Shown piece by piece: positions 47,620-58,075 of a stretch of 64,000 bases of DNA (its first letter is position 1; every line of letters starts with the position of its first letter). A program made the position numbers and the translations under genes. Below the pieces are notes generated by a model. That model did not search any database. It saw only the letters and a list, made by a program, of their open reading frames with translations, and was not told where the DNA came from. Source of the stretch: Deltaproteobacteria bacterium (GTDB lineage Bacteria > Myxococcota > Kuafuiibacteriia > Kuafuiibacteriales > Kuafuiibacteriaceae); NCBI GenBank assembly GCA_040218735.1, contig JAVJQW010000011.1, positions 32,001 to 96,000 on the forward strand, given 5' to 3'.

Positions 47620-49686
47620 ATGTCGGACGTCGACCTCGCGCGCGTGCTCAACGAACGGTTCGGGCTCTCATCGTTCCGCCCCGGGCAGGAAGAAGCCATC
47701 CGCGCGCTCCTCGCCGACGGGCGCCTCCTCTGCATCCAGCCCACTGGCCACGGCAAGTCCCTGCTCTACCAGCTCCCGGCGACGCTCCTGCCGGGCATCA
47801 CGCTCGTCATCTCGCCGCTGCTCGCGCTCGTGCGCGATCAGGTGCAGCAGCTCGGCGAGCGCTTCTCGATCCACGCCGTCGCGATCAACTCCGACCAGGA
47901 GGACGACGAAAACGAGGCCGCGATGCGCGACGCCGCGAGCGGCGCTGCGAAGATCCTGTTCGTGTCCCCGGAGCGCCTCGACAACGTGGAGGCGTGGCAG
48001 TTCCTCCTGAGCCTCGCGGTCGACCTCGTCGTCGTCGACGAAGCGCACTGCATCTCGACGTGGGGGCACGACTTCCGCCCGTCGTACCGGCGCATCGTCG
48101 ACGCGGTGCAGAGCCTCTCCGGGCAGCGCGAAGGTGTGCGCGTCCTCGGCCTCACTGCGACGGCGTCGGCGCGCACCGAAGCGGACATCGCGCGGCAGCT
48201 CGCGCCGGATGCGGATCACCCGCTCACCGTGATGCGGGCGTCGATGGACCGCGCGAACCTCTCCCTCGCGACCCGGAGCGTGTCCGGCCCGGCGGAGAAG
48301 CTCGGCTGGCTCGACGCGTTCCTCGCGGACGCGGAGGGCACCGGCATCCTCTACTGCGCGACGCGCGATCAGACGGAGGTCGTCGCGGCGTTCCTCTCCG
48401 CGCGCGGGCACGACGTCGTCGCCTACCACGCGGGGCTCGCGCCCGAGGACAAGCGTCGGCTGCAGCAAGCGTTCACGCGCGGGGACCACAAGGCGATCGC
48501 CGCGACGAATGCGTTGGGGATGGGGATCGACAAGGCGGACCTGCGCTTCATCGTTCACGTCGACGTCCCGGGCTCGATCACCGCGTACTACCAGGAGGTC
48601 GGCCGCGCGGGACGCGACGGGGAGCCGGCCCGTGGCGTGCTGCTCTTCGACCCCGCCGACCGACGCATCCAGGCGCACTTCATCCGCTCCGCGCAGCCGA
48701 CCGCCGAGGACTTCGACCAAGTGCTCTCGGTGCTGCGTCCGGGGGGCGACGATGAGTGGCCGAACCTCACTCAGGTGAAGATGCGCTCCGGCCTCCACCC
48801 GACGCGCGTCACTGTCGTGCTCGCCGAGCTGCGCGAGCAGGGCCGCGTCGAGAAGGTCCTCGACCGCCGTCGCCAGGTCTACCGAACGATCGAGGGCGAC
48901 CACCCGCCGCTGGATCTGACGCGTTATATTCGACAGAACGAGGTCCGGACGAACGAGCTCGAGGCGATGATGCGCTACGCCGCGGCCGAGGTGCCGTGCG
49001 CGATGCAGGCGCTCCGCGTCGCGCTCGGTGACGACGGCGCCGAACGTTGCGGGCGCTGCGATCGGTGCGCACCCGATGCGTGGTCACTCCCGGCGCCGGG
49101 CGTTGGCGCCGAGGTCGCGGGGCGCTGGCTCTCGGATCGCGTCGTCCCGATCCCCGCGATGCGGACGAACAAGGTGTCCGAGGGCGTCGCGCTGATGACG
49201 AGCGAGGAGCGCAGCCCGCCGTTCCTGCACTTCATGAAGGCGCGCACGAACGCCACGTCGCTCGACGCGGTCGTGCTCGAGAACCTCGATGCACGCGCGG
49301 CCGAGCTCGCCGAGCTACATCGGTTCTCCGCGGTGGTCGCGGTGCCCTCTCGGACGTGGGCGCAGCGGACGGCCACCGGCGAGCGGCTCGCCGCGGCCGT
49401 CGGCGCGACGTTCGTCGAGGCCCTGCGTTGGCGCGAGCCGCCCGAGGCTCGCCAGGGCGAGCTGCTCAACAACGACCAGCGACGCGACAACGTGAAGGGC
49501 CGCCTCGACGCGGCGCTCGACGACGACGGCGGCGCGGTGCTCCTCGTCGACGACTACACCGGGAGCGGGTCGACCCTCGCGGAGGCCGCGCGTGCGCTCC
49601 GCAAGGATGCGGGTTGGTCCGGGGCGATCGTCCCGTTTGTCATCGCGAAGGTGCGCTGGCGGCTCGGCGCCCGCGGGATCGTCTGA
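47620..49686 (+). CDS. recQ: RecQ-family helicase with C-terminal PRTase-like domain
   Basis: FRPGQ, PTGHGKS, DEAHCISTWGHDFRP, TATA, QEVGRAGRDG, CGRCDRC; C-terminal VLLVDDYTGSGSTL. Confidence 0.9.
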   Translation: MSDVDLARVLNERFGLSSFRPGQEEAIRALLADGRLLCIQPTGHGKSLLYQLPATLLPGITLVISPLLALVRDQVQQLGERFSIHAVAINSDQEDDENEAAMRDAASGAAKILFVSPERLDNVEAWQFLLSLAVDLVVVDEAHCISTWGHDFRPSYRRIVDAVQSLSGQREGVRVLGLTATASARTEADIARQLAPDADHPLTVMRASMDRANLSLATRSVSGPAEKLGWLDAFLADAEGTGILYCATRDQTEVVAAFLSARGHDVVAYHAGLAPEDKRRLQQAFTRGDHKAIAATNALGMGIDKADLRFIVHVDVPGSITAYYQEVGRAGRDGEPARGVLLFDPADRRIQAHFIRSAQPTAEDFDQVLSVLRPGGDDEWPNLTQVKMRSGLHPTRVTVVLAELREQGRVEKVLDRRRQVYRTIEGDHPPLDLTRYIRQNEVRTNELEAMMRYAAAEVPCAMQALRVALGDDGAERCGRCDRCAPDAWSLPAPGVGAEVAGRWLSDRVVPIPAMRTNKVSEGVALMTSEERSPPFLHFMKARTNATSLDAVVLENLDARAAELAELHRFSAVVAVPSRTWAQRTATGERLAAAVGATFVEALRWREPPEARQGELLNNDQRRDNVKGRLDAALDDDGGAVLLVDDYTGSGSTLAEAARALRKDAGWSGAIVPFVIAKVRWRLGARGIV

Positions 49687-49718
49687 CGGCGCGTCTTGGC
49701 GTACGCTCGGAGCAACGG

Positions 49719-51041
49719 ATGTCACGCGACGACAAGACCGTGAAGAAGAAGTCGCTGGCGCGCCCGAAGCCGCGCCGCCGCGTCGTGCGCATCGTCTTCG
49801 CGCCCGATCCCGCGGCCCGCGGCCGGGTGGTCGAGCTCGACGGGCGCGAGAAGACCTTCGGCCGCGCCGCCGAAGGGGATGGCCTCGTCGAGGACGACAC
49901 GATGTCGCGGCAACACTTCGCGCTCAGGCCCGAGGCCGGCGCGCAGTACCGCATCGAGGACCTCGGGACCTCGAACGGCACCTTCGTCGACGGGCGTCAG
50001 CTCGGCGGCCCTGCGCCCGTCGAACCGCAGCAGGTGGTCGCCGCGGGGGAGACGCTGTTCACGATCGACGTCGAGCCGAAGAAGGACACCCTCCCCGCCA
50101 CGGACGTCGACGCGGATGCCGTGACCGAGGTCGTCGGTGTGTCCCTCGCGACCGAGCGCTTGCGCCGATCGCTCGCGACCGTCGCGCGCGCGCCCGGCGC
50201 CGTGCTGCTCCTCGGCGCGACGGGGGCCGGCAAGGAGGTTGCCGCGAACGCTATCCACCGACTGAGCGAGCGCCCCGGCGCCCTGGTCGCGGTGAACTGC
50301 GCCGCGATCCCAAAGGACATGGCCGAAGCCGAGCTGTTCGGCCACGTACGCGGCGCGTACACCGGCGCCGAGACGGACCGCGCCGGCTACATCGAACGCG
50401 CCGACGGCGGCACGCTGTTCCTCGACGAAATCGGCGACCTCCCGGAGGCGCTGCAAGCCAAGTTGCTCCGCGTCCTCGAGACGGGTGAAGTCGCGCGCCT
50501 CGGTGCGGAGGGGATGAAGAAGGTCGACGTCCGCTTCATCGGCGCGACGCACAAGGACCTCGAAGGCGGCGCGTTCCGCAAGGACCTCTTCGCGCGCCTG
50601 TCGGACTGGGTGCTCCGCCTCCCGCCGCTGAAGGACCGCAAGGCCGACGTCCTCCCGCTGTTCGATCACTTCCTCGGCGACGCCGAGTCCTACGGACCGG
50701 AGGTCGCCGAGGCGCTCCTCCTCCACGACTGGCCGATGAACGTGCGCGAGCTGCGCAAACTCGCGCAGCGGCTCCGCACCCTCGCGGACTCCGGCGTCGT
50801 CGCGCTCGACGATCTCCCATCGACGCTCACGGAGCGCCTCGCGCATCGGTTCGAAGAGGAGGTCGAGGACCCGGACGACCCCAACATCGCCGCGCCCCCG
50901 CGCGAGGAGCTCGAGGCCGCGCTGCGCGCCTGCAAGGGCAACGTGAAGGACACCGCCACCGCGAACGGCTGGCACCGGACACAGCTCTACCGCTGGCTCA
51001 AGCGACGCGCGATCGATCCGAAAGCCTTCCGGGATGGCTGA
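49719..51041 (+). CDS. FHA-domain sigma54-dependent transcriptional activator
   Basis: FGR..MSRQH..GTSNGT (FHA); GATGAGKE, GAYTGA, LFLDEIG, WPMNVREL; C-terminal HTH. Confidence 0.93.
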   Translation: MSRDDKTVKKKSLARPKPRRRVVRIVFAPDPAARGRVVELDGREKTFGRAAEGDGLVEDDTMSRQHFALRPEAGAQYRIEDLGTSNGTFVDGRQLGGPAPVEPQQVVAAGETLFTIDVEPKKDTLPATDVDADAVTEVVGVSLATERLRRSLATVARAPGAVLLLGATGAGKEVAANAIHRLSERPGALVAVNCAAIPKDMAEAELFGHVRGAYTGAETDRAGYIERADGGTLFLDEIGDLPEALQAKLLRVLETGEVARLGAEGMKKVDVRFIGATHKDLEGGAFRKDLFARLSDWVLRLPPLKDRKADVLPLFDHFLGDAESYGPEVAEALLLHDWPMNVRELRKLAQRLRTLADSGVVALDDLPSTLTERLAHRFEEEVEDPDDPNIAAPPREELEAALRACKGNVKDTATANGWHRTQLYRWLKRRAIDPKAFRDG

Positions 51042-52725
51042 CCTCGGCGAGCTCCGCCGACGCCTCGGGATCCCGCGGGACGGCGAAGCGCGCTACGCCC
51101 TGGGCGACGAGCTCGGCCGCGGCGCCTTCGGACGCGTCGTCTCCGCCGAAGACCGCGACCTCGATCGCGCCGTCGCGATCAAGGCCCTCTCCGCCGACCC
51201 CGGCGCGTCCCCGGACGACGCCGAAGCGTTCCTCGCGGAGGCGATGATCACCGGGCGCCTCGAACACCCCAACATCGTCCCCGCGTACGACGTCGGCGTG
51301 CACGACGAGCTCGGCCTCTACTACACGATGAAGCGCCACGGGGGTCGCTCGCTGCGCGGTGCGATCGACGACCTGGAGCTCGGACCGGCGCTCGACGTGT
51401 TCGTCCAGATCTGTCGCGCCGTCGCGCACGCGCATCGCCACGGCGTGGTGCACGCGGACCTCAAACCGGAGAACGTGCTGCTCGGCGAGCGCGGCGAGGT
51501 GCAGGTCGGCGACTGGGGCGTCGCGTTCCGTGTCGACGACGACGGCCGCCCCGTCGGTGGCCCCCGCCCCGGCGAGGGATCGCTTCGGTACATGGCGCCC
51601 GAACAGATCACGGAGGCGTTCGAAGCGCTCGACCACCGCATCGACGTCTGGTCGCTCGGCGTCATGCTCTACGAGCTGCTCACGAAGACGGTCCCGTTCG
51701 ACGGCGCCGACGAAGAGGACGTCCTGGAGTCGATCCTCACCGACCGCGTCGAGCCGCCCTCGCGAATCGATCCCGCGATCCCCGAGGCGATCGACAACAT
51801 CTGCCTCGGCGCGCTGACGAAGTCGCGCTCCGACCGCTACTCGACGGTCGATGTGATGCTCGACGACCTCGAAGCCGAGCTCGCGGGGCGCCGCGAAGAA
51901 CAGCGCAGGCGACAGATCGCCGAGCGTGCCGTCCGCGTGGTGGACGCGTTGCTCGAAGACGCCGACCTCGACGCCTACGCACTCGCCGCCGATCACCTCG
52001 TAGCGGGCCTGTCGCTGGTCCCCGACCACGCCGAGCTCCTCGCGCGCGCCGGGACGATCTACTGGCGCGTCTTCGAGGACATCTACCCCGGCGGCACGAC
52101 CGACGACCCGCAGCGCGCGCTCGCGTTGCTCGCGAGGCTCACCGAGCACGCGCTCGGCGGCGTCGTGCGCGCGAAGCCGGACCAGCTCAGCACCGGCGAC
52201 CTCGAAGACCCGTGGCTGTCGCTCGTACGGCGCCTCACCGCGGGGGAGCGCGTCCAGGCTTCGGAGGCGCCCCCGGCGCTGCTCCGCCTCGTGCGGAGGA
52301 TCGAGTTGCTCGACGCGGCGCCGATCTTCGCGTCCCTCCCCTCGCACCGCCTCCTGACGATCGCCGAGGCCTGCGACGACGTGGCACTCGCCGCGAACGA
52401 GACGCTCTTCGAGACCGGCGACGAGAGCCGCACGCTCTACATCGTCATCGACGGCACCCTGCGCGCCGAGCGCGCCGGACAGGTCCTCTCCACGATGGGC
52501 GCAGGCGAAGTGTTCGGCGAGATCGCGCTGTTCGGTGGGCATCGCCGAACCGCCACCGTCGTCGCCGAGACGGACGCGTCGTGCCTCGCGCTCGACGGCG
52601 CGAAGTTCTCCGAACTCGTCGAGAACAACGGCGACATCGCGCTCGCAGCGCTGAAGGTGTTGAGCGCCCGCCTCGAAGCCGCGACGCGGCGCGAAGCCGC
52701 GCGGCGTCACGCGCCCGGTTCGTGA
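51034..52725 (+). CDS. Ser/Thr kinase with C-terminal cNMP-binding domain
   Basis: LGRGAFG, VAIK, HADLKPEN, DWG, YMAPE; GEVFGEIALF..RTATV. Confidence 0.9.
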   Translation: MADLGELRRRLGIPRDGEARYALGDELGRGAFGRVVSAEDRDLDRAVAIKALSADPGASPDDAEAFLAEAMITGRLEHPNIVPAYDVGVHDELGLYYTMKRHGGRSLRGAIDDLELGPALDVFVQICRAVAHAHRHGVVHADLKPENVLLGERGEVQVGDWGVAFRVDDDGRPVGGPRPGEGSLRYMAPEQITEAFEALDHRIDVWSLGVMLYELLTKTVPFDGADEEDVLESILTDRVEPPSRIDPAIPEAIDNICLGALTKSRSDRYSTVDVMLDDLEAELAGRREEQRRRQIAERAVRVVDALLEDADLDAYALAADHLVAGLSLVPDHAELLARAGTIYWRVFEDIYPGGTTDDPQRALALLARLTEHALGGVVRAKPDQLSTGDLEDPWLSLVRRLTAGERVQASEAPPALLRLVRRIELLDAAPIFASLPSHRLLTIAEACDDVALAANETLFETGDESRTLYIVIDGTLRAERAGQVLSTMGAGEVFGEIALFGGHRRTATVVAETDASCLALDGAKFSELVENNGDIALAALKVLSARLEAATRREAARRHAPGS

Positions 52726-54683
52726 GTGAGCGAGATCCCGATCGTCGGCGCCTCGCGTCCGTACTGCCGCGCGTCGAGCTTCGCCGCCGCGACCGCGAGC
52801 GCGCGGAGGATCGCGCGGCTCGTTCGGTAGAAGTCGAGGTCGTGCAGCTCGTGGCACATGTGCGCGAGCTCGTGCGCGAGCACCGGCATCAACGCGCGCG
52901 CCGCGAGGCGAGGGTCCGGGTTCTTCGACAGGCGGCGCACCGAGCGGTGCGCGGTATTGAAACGAATCTCGCCCATCCGGTACGCGGCCACCGGCCCGAA
53001 TGCGTTCCGCGACACCCCGAACCCCAACCGCGGCAGCGGGCCGGGGAGCAGGCGCGCGAGGGCCTCGCTGACCTCCTCCGTCGCCAGGAACTCCTGCAGC
53101 GCCTCCACGATGCGCTTCGTCCCCGCGTTCACGGAGTTGTCGTTCACCGGCCGCTGGAACAGCGAGTACTCCGCGCGCGGCCCGGACATGAAGCGGTCGC
53201 GCATCCGCGACCACAGCGAGGGACGCGCGATGTCCTCGGCGCGCGCCGCCGCCGGCATCTCGCGGAGCCCGGAGAGCTTCCGGAAGATGTCGCGCTCGAT
53301 GGAGTCGTCGGCGCGTAGGATCGGACCGTCGTCGCGGTCGCGCCACGCGGGGCGGTACGAGAGCGCGCGGAAGCGGTCGGCCTCCTTCAGCTCGGTCAGC
53401 TCTTCGAACGAGTAACGACGCTTCGTCCCCCACGCGTTGAACAGCGGGGAGCGAACCACCGCGCTACTGAATAGATCCTCTGACTCCGCCAGCAGCGACT
53501 CCGGGGTCGTGCTGCGCAAGCCGCGCCGGATGGCGTCGAGCAAGACGATGCGCGCGTAGGCGTCGTGGTTCGACTCGAAGTGCCGCACGACGCGGTACGC
53601 CGCTTCGTACGCGAGCCGACGCAGCTCGTCCTGAAAGCGTGTGAACCGATCGTTTTCGACGAACGCGTTGCGGCTCGCGACGAGCTCGAGCCCCTCCGCG
53701 TGCACCGCGCCGAACACCCCGCGCGGCCACGGCTTGCCCTGCACGCGCGTCAGCGGGATCTCGCAGACGAACAGGCCGCGCTGGTACGCGCGGAACTTCG
53801 ACTCGGAGCGCGCGGGATCGATCGCCGCGACCCCCACCGGGCCGCGCACCGCCGTCGCCGACACCAACGCGCGCTCGACGTTGCTCCAGTCACCGTCCTT
53901 GATCTCCTGCTTGATGTAGTCCGCGAGGTCCTTGCCGAGCAGGCGCCCGTTGAGCTCCGTCTCGACGCCCGAGTACGCCGCGTGGGTCTCGAACACCTCG
54001 ACGGCCTTCGCGACGCGATCCTCGGGCGCACGCGCCGGGTCGAAGTAGACCTCGACACGCGAGCCGCCGGTCTTCGGCCGAGGCGCGTCACTCACTTCGA
54101 TGGACACGCCGCCGCTCACGTCGGGCACGAAGCGAACGATGATGCCGTCGTCGCGCCCGTAACGCGCCGCGCGGAACTCCACGCGCCCCACGCCGAGCTG
54201 CGGGTCGAAGATCGACGCGAACCCGATGCCGAAGCGGCCGATCGCGTCGTTCCCGCGACGCGTCGACGAACCGAGCGTCGTGAGCGCCTCGATGCCCGGC
54301 TCGTCGAGGCCGGTGCCGTTGTCCTCCATCACCACGCGGTCCGACTGCACGCGGATCGTCACCTGCGGATCGCGCCGGTTGCGGACGGCGTCGAGCGCGT
54401 TGGCGTACAGCTCGCGGAACGCGAGGAACGGATCTTCGAACTGGTTCGCCGACAGGACCCGCAGCACGCGGTCCGGATCGGCGCGGTAGAGCGGCCGACG
54501 GGTGCTCGGCGGTTCGGCGCGCGGCGGTGGTTGTTCGACGGCGAGCCGCTCGAAGTGATCGGAGGGCGGGTCCTCCACGTCGTGCGGGCGCCCGAGCACG
54601 GGGAGCTCGTCGCGACTCGAGCGATCGACCGAGCGCCCCTCGTCGGTCGTCGAGTCGTTCATGCTGTCGTAGCGACCGCTCAT
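52707..54683 (-). CDS. Hsp90-like GHKL ATPase with C-terminal HExxH motif
   Basis: RELYANALDA, EDNGTGL, GRFGIGF; C-terminal AHELAHMCHELHDLDFY; ATGA coupling. Confidence 0.8.
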   Translation of the reverse strand: MSGRYDSMNDSTTDEGRSVDRSSRDELPVLGRPHDVEDPPSDHFERLAVEQPPPRAEPPSTRRPLYRADPDRVLRVLSANQFEDPFLAFRELYANALDAVRNRRDPQVTIRVQSDRVVMEDNGTGLDEPGIEALTTLGSSTRRGNDAIGRFGIGFASIFDPQLGVGRVEFRAARYGRDDGIIVRFVPDVSGGVSIEVSDAPRPKTGGSRVEVYFDPARAPEDRVAKAVEVFETHAAYSGVETELNGRLLGKDLADYIKQEIKDGDWSNVERALVSATAVRGPVGVAAIDPARSESKFRAYQRGLFVCEIPLTRVQGKPWPRGVFGAVHAEGLELVASRNAFVENDRFTRFQDELRRLAYEAAYRVVRHFESNHDAYARIVLLDAIRRGLRSTTPESLLAESEDLFSSAVVRSPLFNAWGTKRRYSFEELTELKEADRFRALSYRPAWRDRDDGPILRADDSIERDIFRKLSGLREMPAAARAEDIARPSLWSRMRDRFMSGPRAEYSLFQRPVNDNSVNAGTKRIVEALQEFLATEEVSEALARLLPGPLPRLGFGVSRNAFGPVAAYRMGEIRFNTAHRSVRRLSKNPDPRLAARALMPVLAHELAHMCHELHDLDFYRTSRAILRALAVAAAKLDARQYGREAPTIGISLTHEPGA

Positions 54684-56797
54684 CGCTTCCTCTTCAGCGC
54701 CTGGTCGGCGCGGCCCAGCAGGTCCCACTCGACCTGTCGCGGGTCCGTGCCCTTGCCGAGGTCCGGGTCGGTCGCGAGCAACACGTCGAGGATGAGCCGC
54801 GCGCGCACGGCGTCGACCTCGGCGACGGTGATGAGGTCGCGCACCGTCGGGTGGTTGCGGTTGAGCAGCACGCGGTCCTGACGGCGCAGCAGGATCCGAC
54901 CGTCGTGCGGGTCACCGCTCTGCGACATCAGATCGACGAAGCCGATCTTCACGCGGTCGAGATCCAGACGAACCCCCGACCGAATCGGCAGCTCCGGCGC
55001 GAACTCACGGTAGCCCTTGATCCCCGCCGACGCCGACACCGTCAGCGGCCGCGCGCCCGACGCACGCACCGACCAGCCGCGCGCGACGAAGAAGTCGATC
55101 GGGTGCAGCAGCGCCCGCGACAGCACGTTGAAGCGCCGTTTGCGCGACTCCCCCAAGGTCAACGGCGCACCGGCCTCCGCGCGCAACCAGGACGCGGCCT
55201 TCGCCGACTTCGAGGTCAGCGTCAGGTAGATCATCGCGAACCCCGCCGCCGCCGACAGCGCGGCGACGATGCCCGCGATGGTGACCAGCAAGGTGTTCTT
55301 CCGGCGCGCCGGCGGGAGGCTCACGATGTCGGCGCGCCCGACCTCGTCCGCCGGCTCCAACATCGGGGCCGCCGGCGAAGCGTCCACGGCGTGCGTCGCC
55401 GCGACCGGCGCCGGTGACTGCATCCGCGGCGCGACGTAGAACACCGCGCCCGCCACCGCCGCGGCGACGACCGTCGCACCGATCCACGCGCCCGGCGAGC
55501 GCCACGGCGCACGCACTGCGACCGGCGGGCGGTCGGCGAGCGCGAGCTCCCCGGCCGACCAATCCAACTCGGCGATCTCCACGCCGTCGTCCAGGCCGTC
55601 GACCTCGACGGTCTCGATCGACTGCCGCTCCAGGAAGTCCTCGAGGTCCCGGTACAACAGCAGCACCGGCACGCCGCGGTCCGCATAGGCGCTGATCTCG
55701 TCGCGCGTACGCGGCACCCGCGAGATGGGCACCCGCCCCTCGCGGCGGATCACGTCGATCAGCTCGTTGGCCGACACCAACCCGCCGTCCGCCGTCTCGA
55801 GCACGGGCGCGTCGCGGACCACGGAGTCCGGCGCCTCGTCTTCCGGCTGCAACAACAGCGAGCGCAGCCACTCCAGCGCGGCGCGATCGTTGGCGTCGAG
55901 CCCACGTTCGACCGGCGTTCCGTCCTGCCTCAGGCGTGTCGTTCGCACGCGGAGCTGTCGCGCGACGTGCGCGGTGAACGCCGGCATCTGTGCACGCGCC
56001 GCGCGGAGGAGCGCATCGAACGCCTGGTCCCGGCGCACCGCGTTGCGCGACAGCGTCGGCGCGAGGCGCGGTGAGTCGAGGATGTACGAGACCTCCGCGC
56101 CGAGGAGCGGCGCGTTCTGCTCGAGGACGATGCCCCCGCCCATCAGCGCGTGCTGCGCGTCCGAGACGATGCCGAGGACGCCCTTGCCCGCCTTCGTCGA
56201 GAACGTCAGCGCGTAGATCGTGGGGAGCGCGATGTCGCGGTTGACCGGGGTGCCGTTGACGAACAGCGGGATGGAGATCGATCCGCACGTCTCCTGCACC
56301 AGCTTGAACGCGCGCTCGGCGAGCGCCTCTGCCTCCTCGCGGCCGCAGTCCTTGTAGACACGCACCACCGTCCCGCGCGGCCGTGTCTCGAGGCGCGCGA
56401 TGGTCCCGGAGCCGTCACGGTTGAAGGTGATGCGGTGGGTGTGCTGGCCGGCGCAGGTCTCGACGACCATGCGCGTGATGCCCAGCGCGTACGGCGACAG
56501 CTTCCCGACCCCGAAGCGCCCGCGGTGTTTGCTCGGGTCCTTCTCCGAGAACCCGATCGTCAGGTAACCCTCGACCTCCTCGTCGTTCATCCCGCGTCCG
56601 TCGTCGCGGACCGAGAGGCGGAGGAGGCGCCGGGCGGCGTCGTAGGCGACGTCGGCTTCGATACGGCGGGCCCCCGCATCCGCTGCGTTCTGGACGAGCT
56701 CGCGGACGCAGAGGAGCGGCTCCGGAAACTGCTCGGTCAGCGCTTCGAGGAGGCCCTGGATGTCGACGGAGAATGACTGCCGTTTGGCGCCCGCCAC
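54680..56797 (-). CDS. Hsp90-like GHKL ATPase with two TM segments
   Basis: RELVQNAADA, DDGRGM, GRFGVG, GTVV; two hydrophobic segments; LNRNHP. GTG start at 56797. Confidence 0.8.
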   Translation of the reverse strand: MAGAKRQSFSVDIQGLLEALTEQFPEPLLCVRELVQNAADAGARRIEADVAYDAARRLLRLSVRDDGRGMNDEEVEGYLTIGFSEKDPSKHRGRFGVGKLSPYALGITRMVVETCAGQHTHRITFNRDGSGTIARLETRPRGTVVRVYKDCGREEAEALAERAFKLVQETCGSISIPLFVNGTPVNRDIALPTIYALTFSTKAGKGVLGIVSDAQHALMGGGIVLEQNAPLLGAEVSYILDSPRLAPTLSRNAVRRDQAFDALLRAARAQMPAFTAHVARQLRVRTTRLRQDGTPVERGLDANDRAALEWLRSLLLQPEDEAPDSVVRDAPVLETADGGLVSANELIDVIRREGRVPISRVPRTRDEISAYADRGVPVLLLYRDLEDFLERQSIETVEVDGLDDGVEIAELDWSAGELALADRPPVAVRAPWRSPGAWIGATVVAAAVAGAVFYVAPRMQSPAPVAATHAVDASPAAPMLEPADEVGRADIVSLPPARRKNTLLVTIAGIVAALSAAAGFAMIYLTLTSKSAKAASWLRAEAGAPLTLGESRKRRFNVLSRALLHPIDFFVARGWSVRASGARPLTVSASAGIKGYREFAPELPIRSGVRLDLDRVKIGFVDLMSQSGDPHDGRILLRRQDRVLLNRNHPTVRDLITVAEVDAVRARLILDVLLATDPDLGKGTDPRQVEWDLLGRADQALKRKR

Positions 56798-56807
56798 GGC
56801 CGTCAGT

Positions 56808-58025
56808 CTACCTGAAAAGCGATAACACCACCCAAACGGCGACCGCGGACACCGCCAGGACCGCCGGCCAGAACCACATCGGCCTACCGGGCAGGGCTTC
56901 CAGCGACAGATCCTCGGTGCCGGACATCGCCAGCACCGCGTCACGACGGGGCGGGAGCGGGGGGATCGTGAGCACACCGTGGTCATCGACGGTGGGATCG
57001 AACGCGCTGACCTCGTCGGTGGAGAGGTTGCCCCCGGCGGTCCACATCACCACCTCCTCCTCCGGCTCACGACGCGCCAGATCCACGACCGGCGCGGACA
57101 GCTCCTCGTCGAGGGTGACGTCCAGCGACCGGACCCACTCCACGACCGACTGCCGCCCGCCGTCCACGAGCGCGGCGTAGTCGGTGCACGCGCGGAGCGC
57201 GTCGGCCATCGCGGCGGCGTCGGCGAACCGATCTTGGGGCGCACACGCGAGGCCCTTCAGGAGGACCGCGCGGATGTCCTCGGGGAGCCGCTCCACCGCC
57301 GACGCCGGAAACACCGGCGGGTCGAAGGAGGTCCTCAGCAGCTCCTTGATCGAGTCCAGCGGCGGCCACGGGTGGGTGCCCGTCAGCAGCTCGAAGAGGA
57401 TCACACTCACCGAGAAGACGTCGGCGCGCGTGTCGATGTACTCGGCCATCCGGTGCTCGGGCGCCATGTAACGCGCCGTCCCGATCACCCGGCCCGGCAG
57501 CGTGATCGCCGGGCCCAGGACGTCCTTGGTGATCCCGAAGTCGATGATCACGGGCACCCCGTCGCGCGAGATGATCACGTTCGCGGGGGTGACGTCGCGG
57601 TGGAGCATCGGCCGCGGCTCTCCGTTTTCGTCGGTCACCGCGTGCATCGCGGCGAGGCCGTCGAGGAGCCCCGTCCCGATCGACAGCCCGGCCGCGACTG
57701 GCGGCGCGCGGTCGTCGGCGAACACCGGATCGAGGAGCCGGTTGAGGCTGTGGCCGGTGACCATGTCCATCGCGATGTAGTGACAGCGACCGACGCGCCC
57801 GAACTCGTGGAAACGCACGAGGTTGTCGTGGCCGAGCCGCGAGGCGACCTGCGCTTCGAGGATGAAGCGCCGCAGGTATTCGGCGTCGTCCGCGAGGTCG
57901 GCCCGGATGCGCTTGAGGACGAGGCGCGGCCCCGCCGCCCCTCGACGCTGCGCGATGAACGCCTCCGCCATGCCGCCGCGGCCCAGGAGACGCTCGAGGA
58001 TGAATGGCCCGAAACGTTCGGACAC
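56808..58025 (-). CDS. Ser/Thr protein kinase with C-terminal TM
   Basis: LGRGGMA, HRDVTPAN, DFG, GTARYMAPE. Confidence 0.92.
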   Translation of the reverse strand: MSERFGPFILERLLGRGGMAEAFIAQRRGAAGPRLVLKRIRADLADDAEYLRRFILEAQVASRLGHDNLVRFHEFGRVGRCHYIAMDMVTGHSLNRLLDPVFADDRAPPVAAGLSIGTGLLDGLAAMHAVTDENGEPRPMLHRDVTPANVIISRDGVPVIIDFGITKDVLGPAITLPGRVIGTARYMAPEHRMAEYIDTRADVFSVSVILFELLTGTHPWPPLDSIKELLRTSFDPPVFPASAVERLPEDIRAVLLKGLACAPQDRFADAAAMADALRACTDYAALVDGGRQSVVEWVRSLDVTLDEELSAPVVDLARREPEEEVVMWTAGGNLSTDEVSAFDPTVDDHGVLTIPPLPPRRDAVLAMSGTEDLSLEALPGRPMWFWPAVLAVSAVAVWVVLSLFR

Positions 58026-58075
58026 GGGCGGGACGATACCCACCGCCCCGCACACCTGGAAACTCGAAAATGGGC

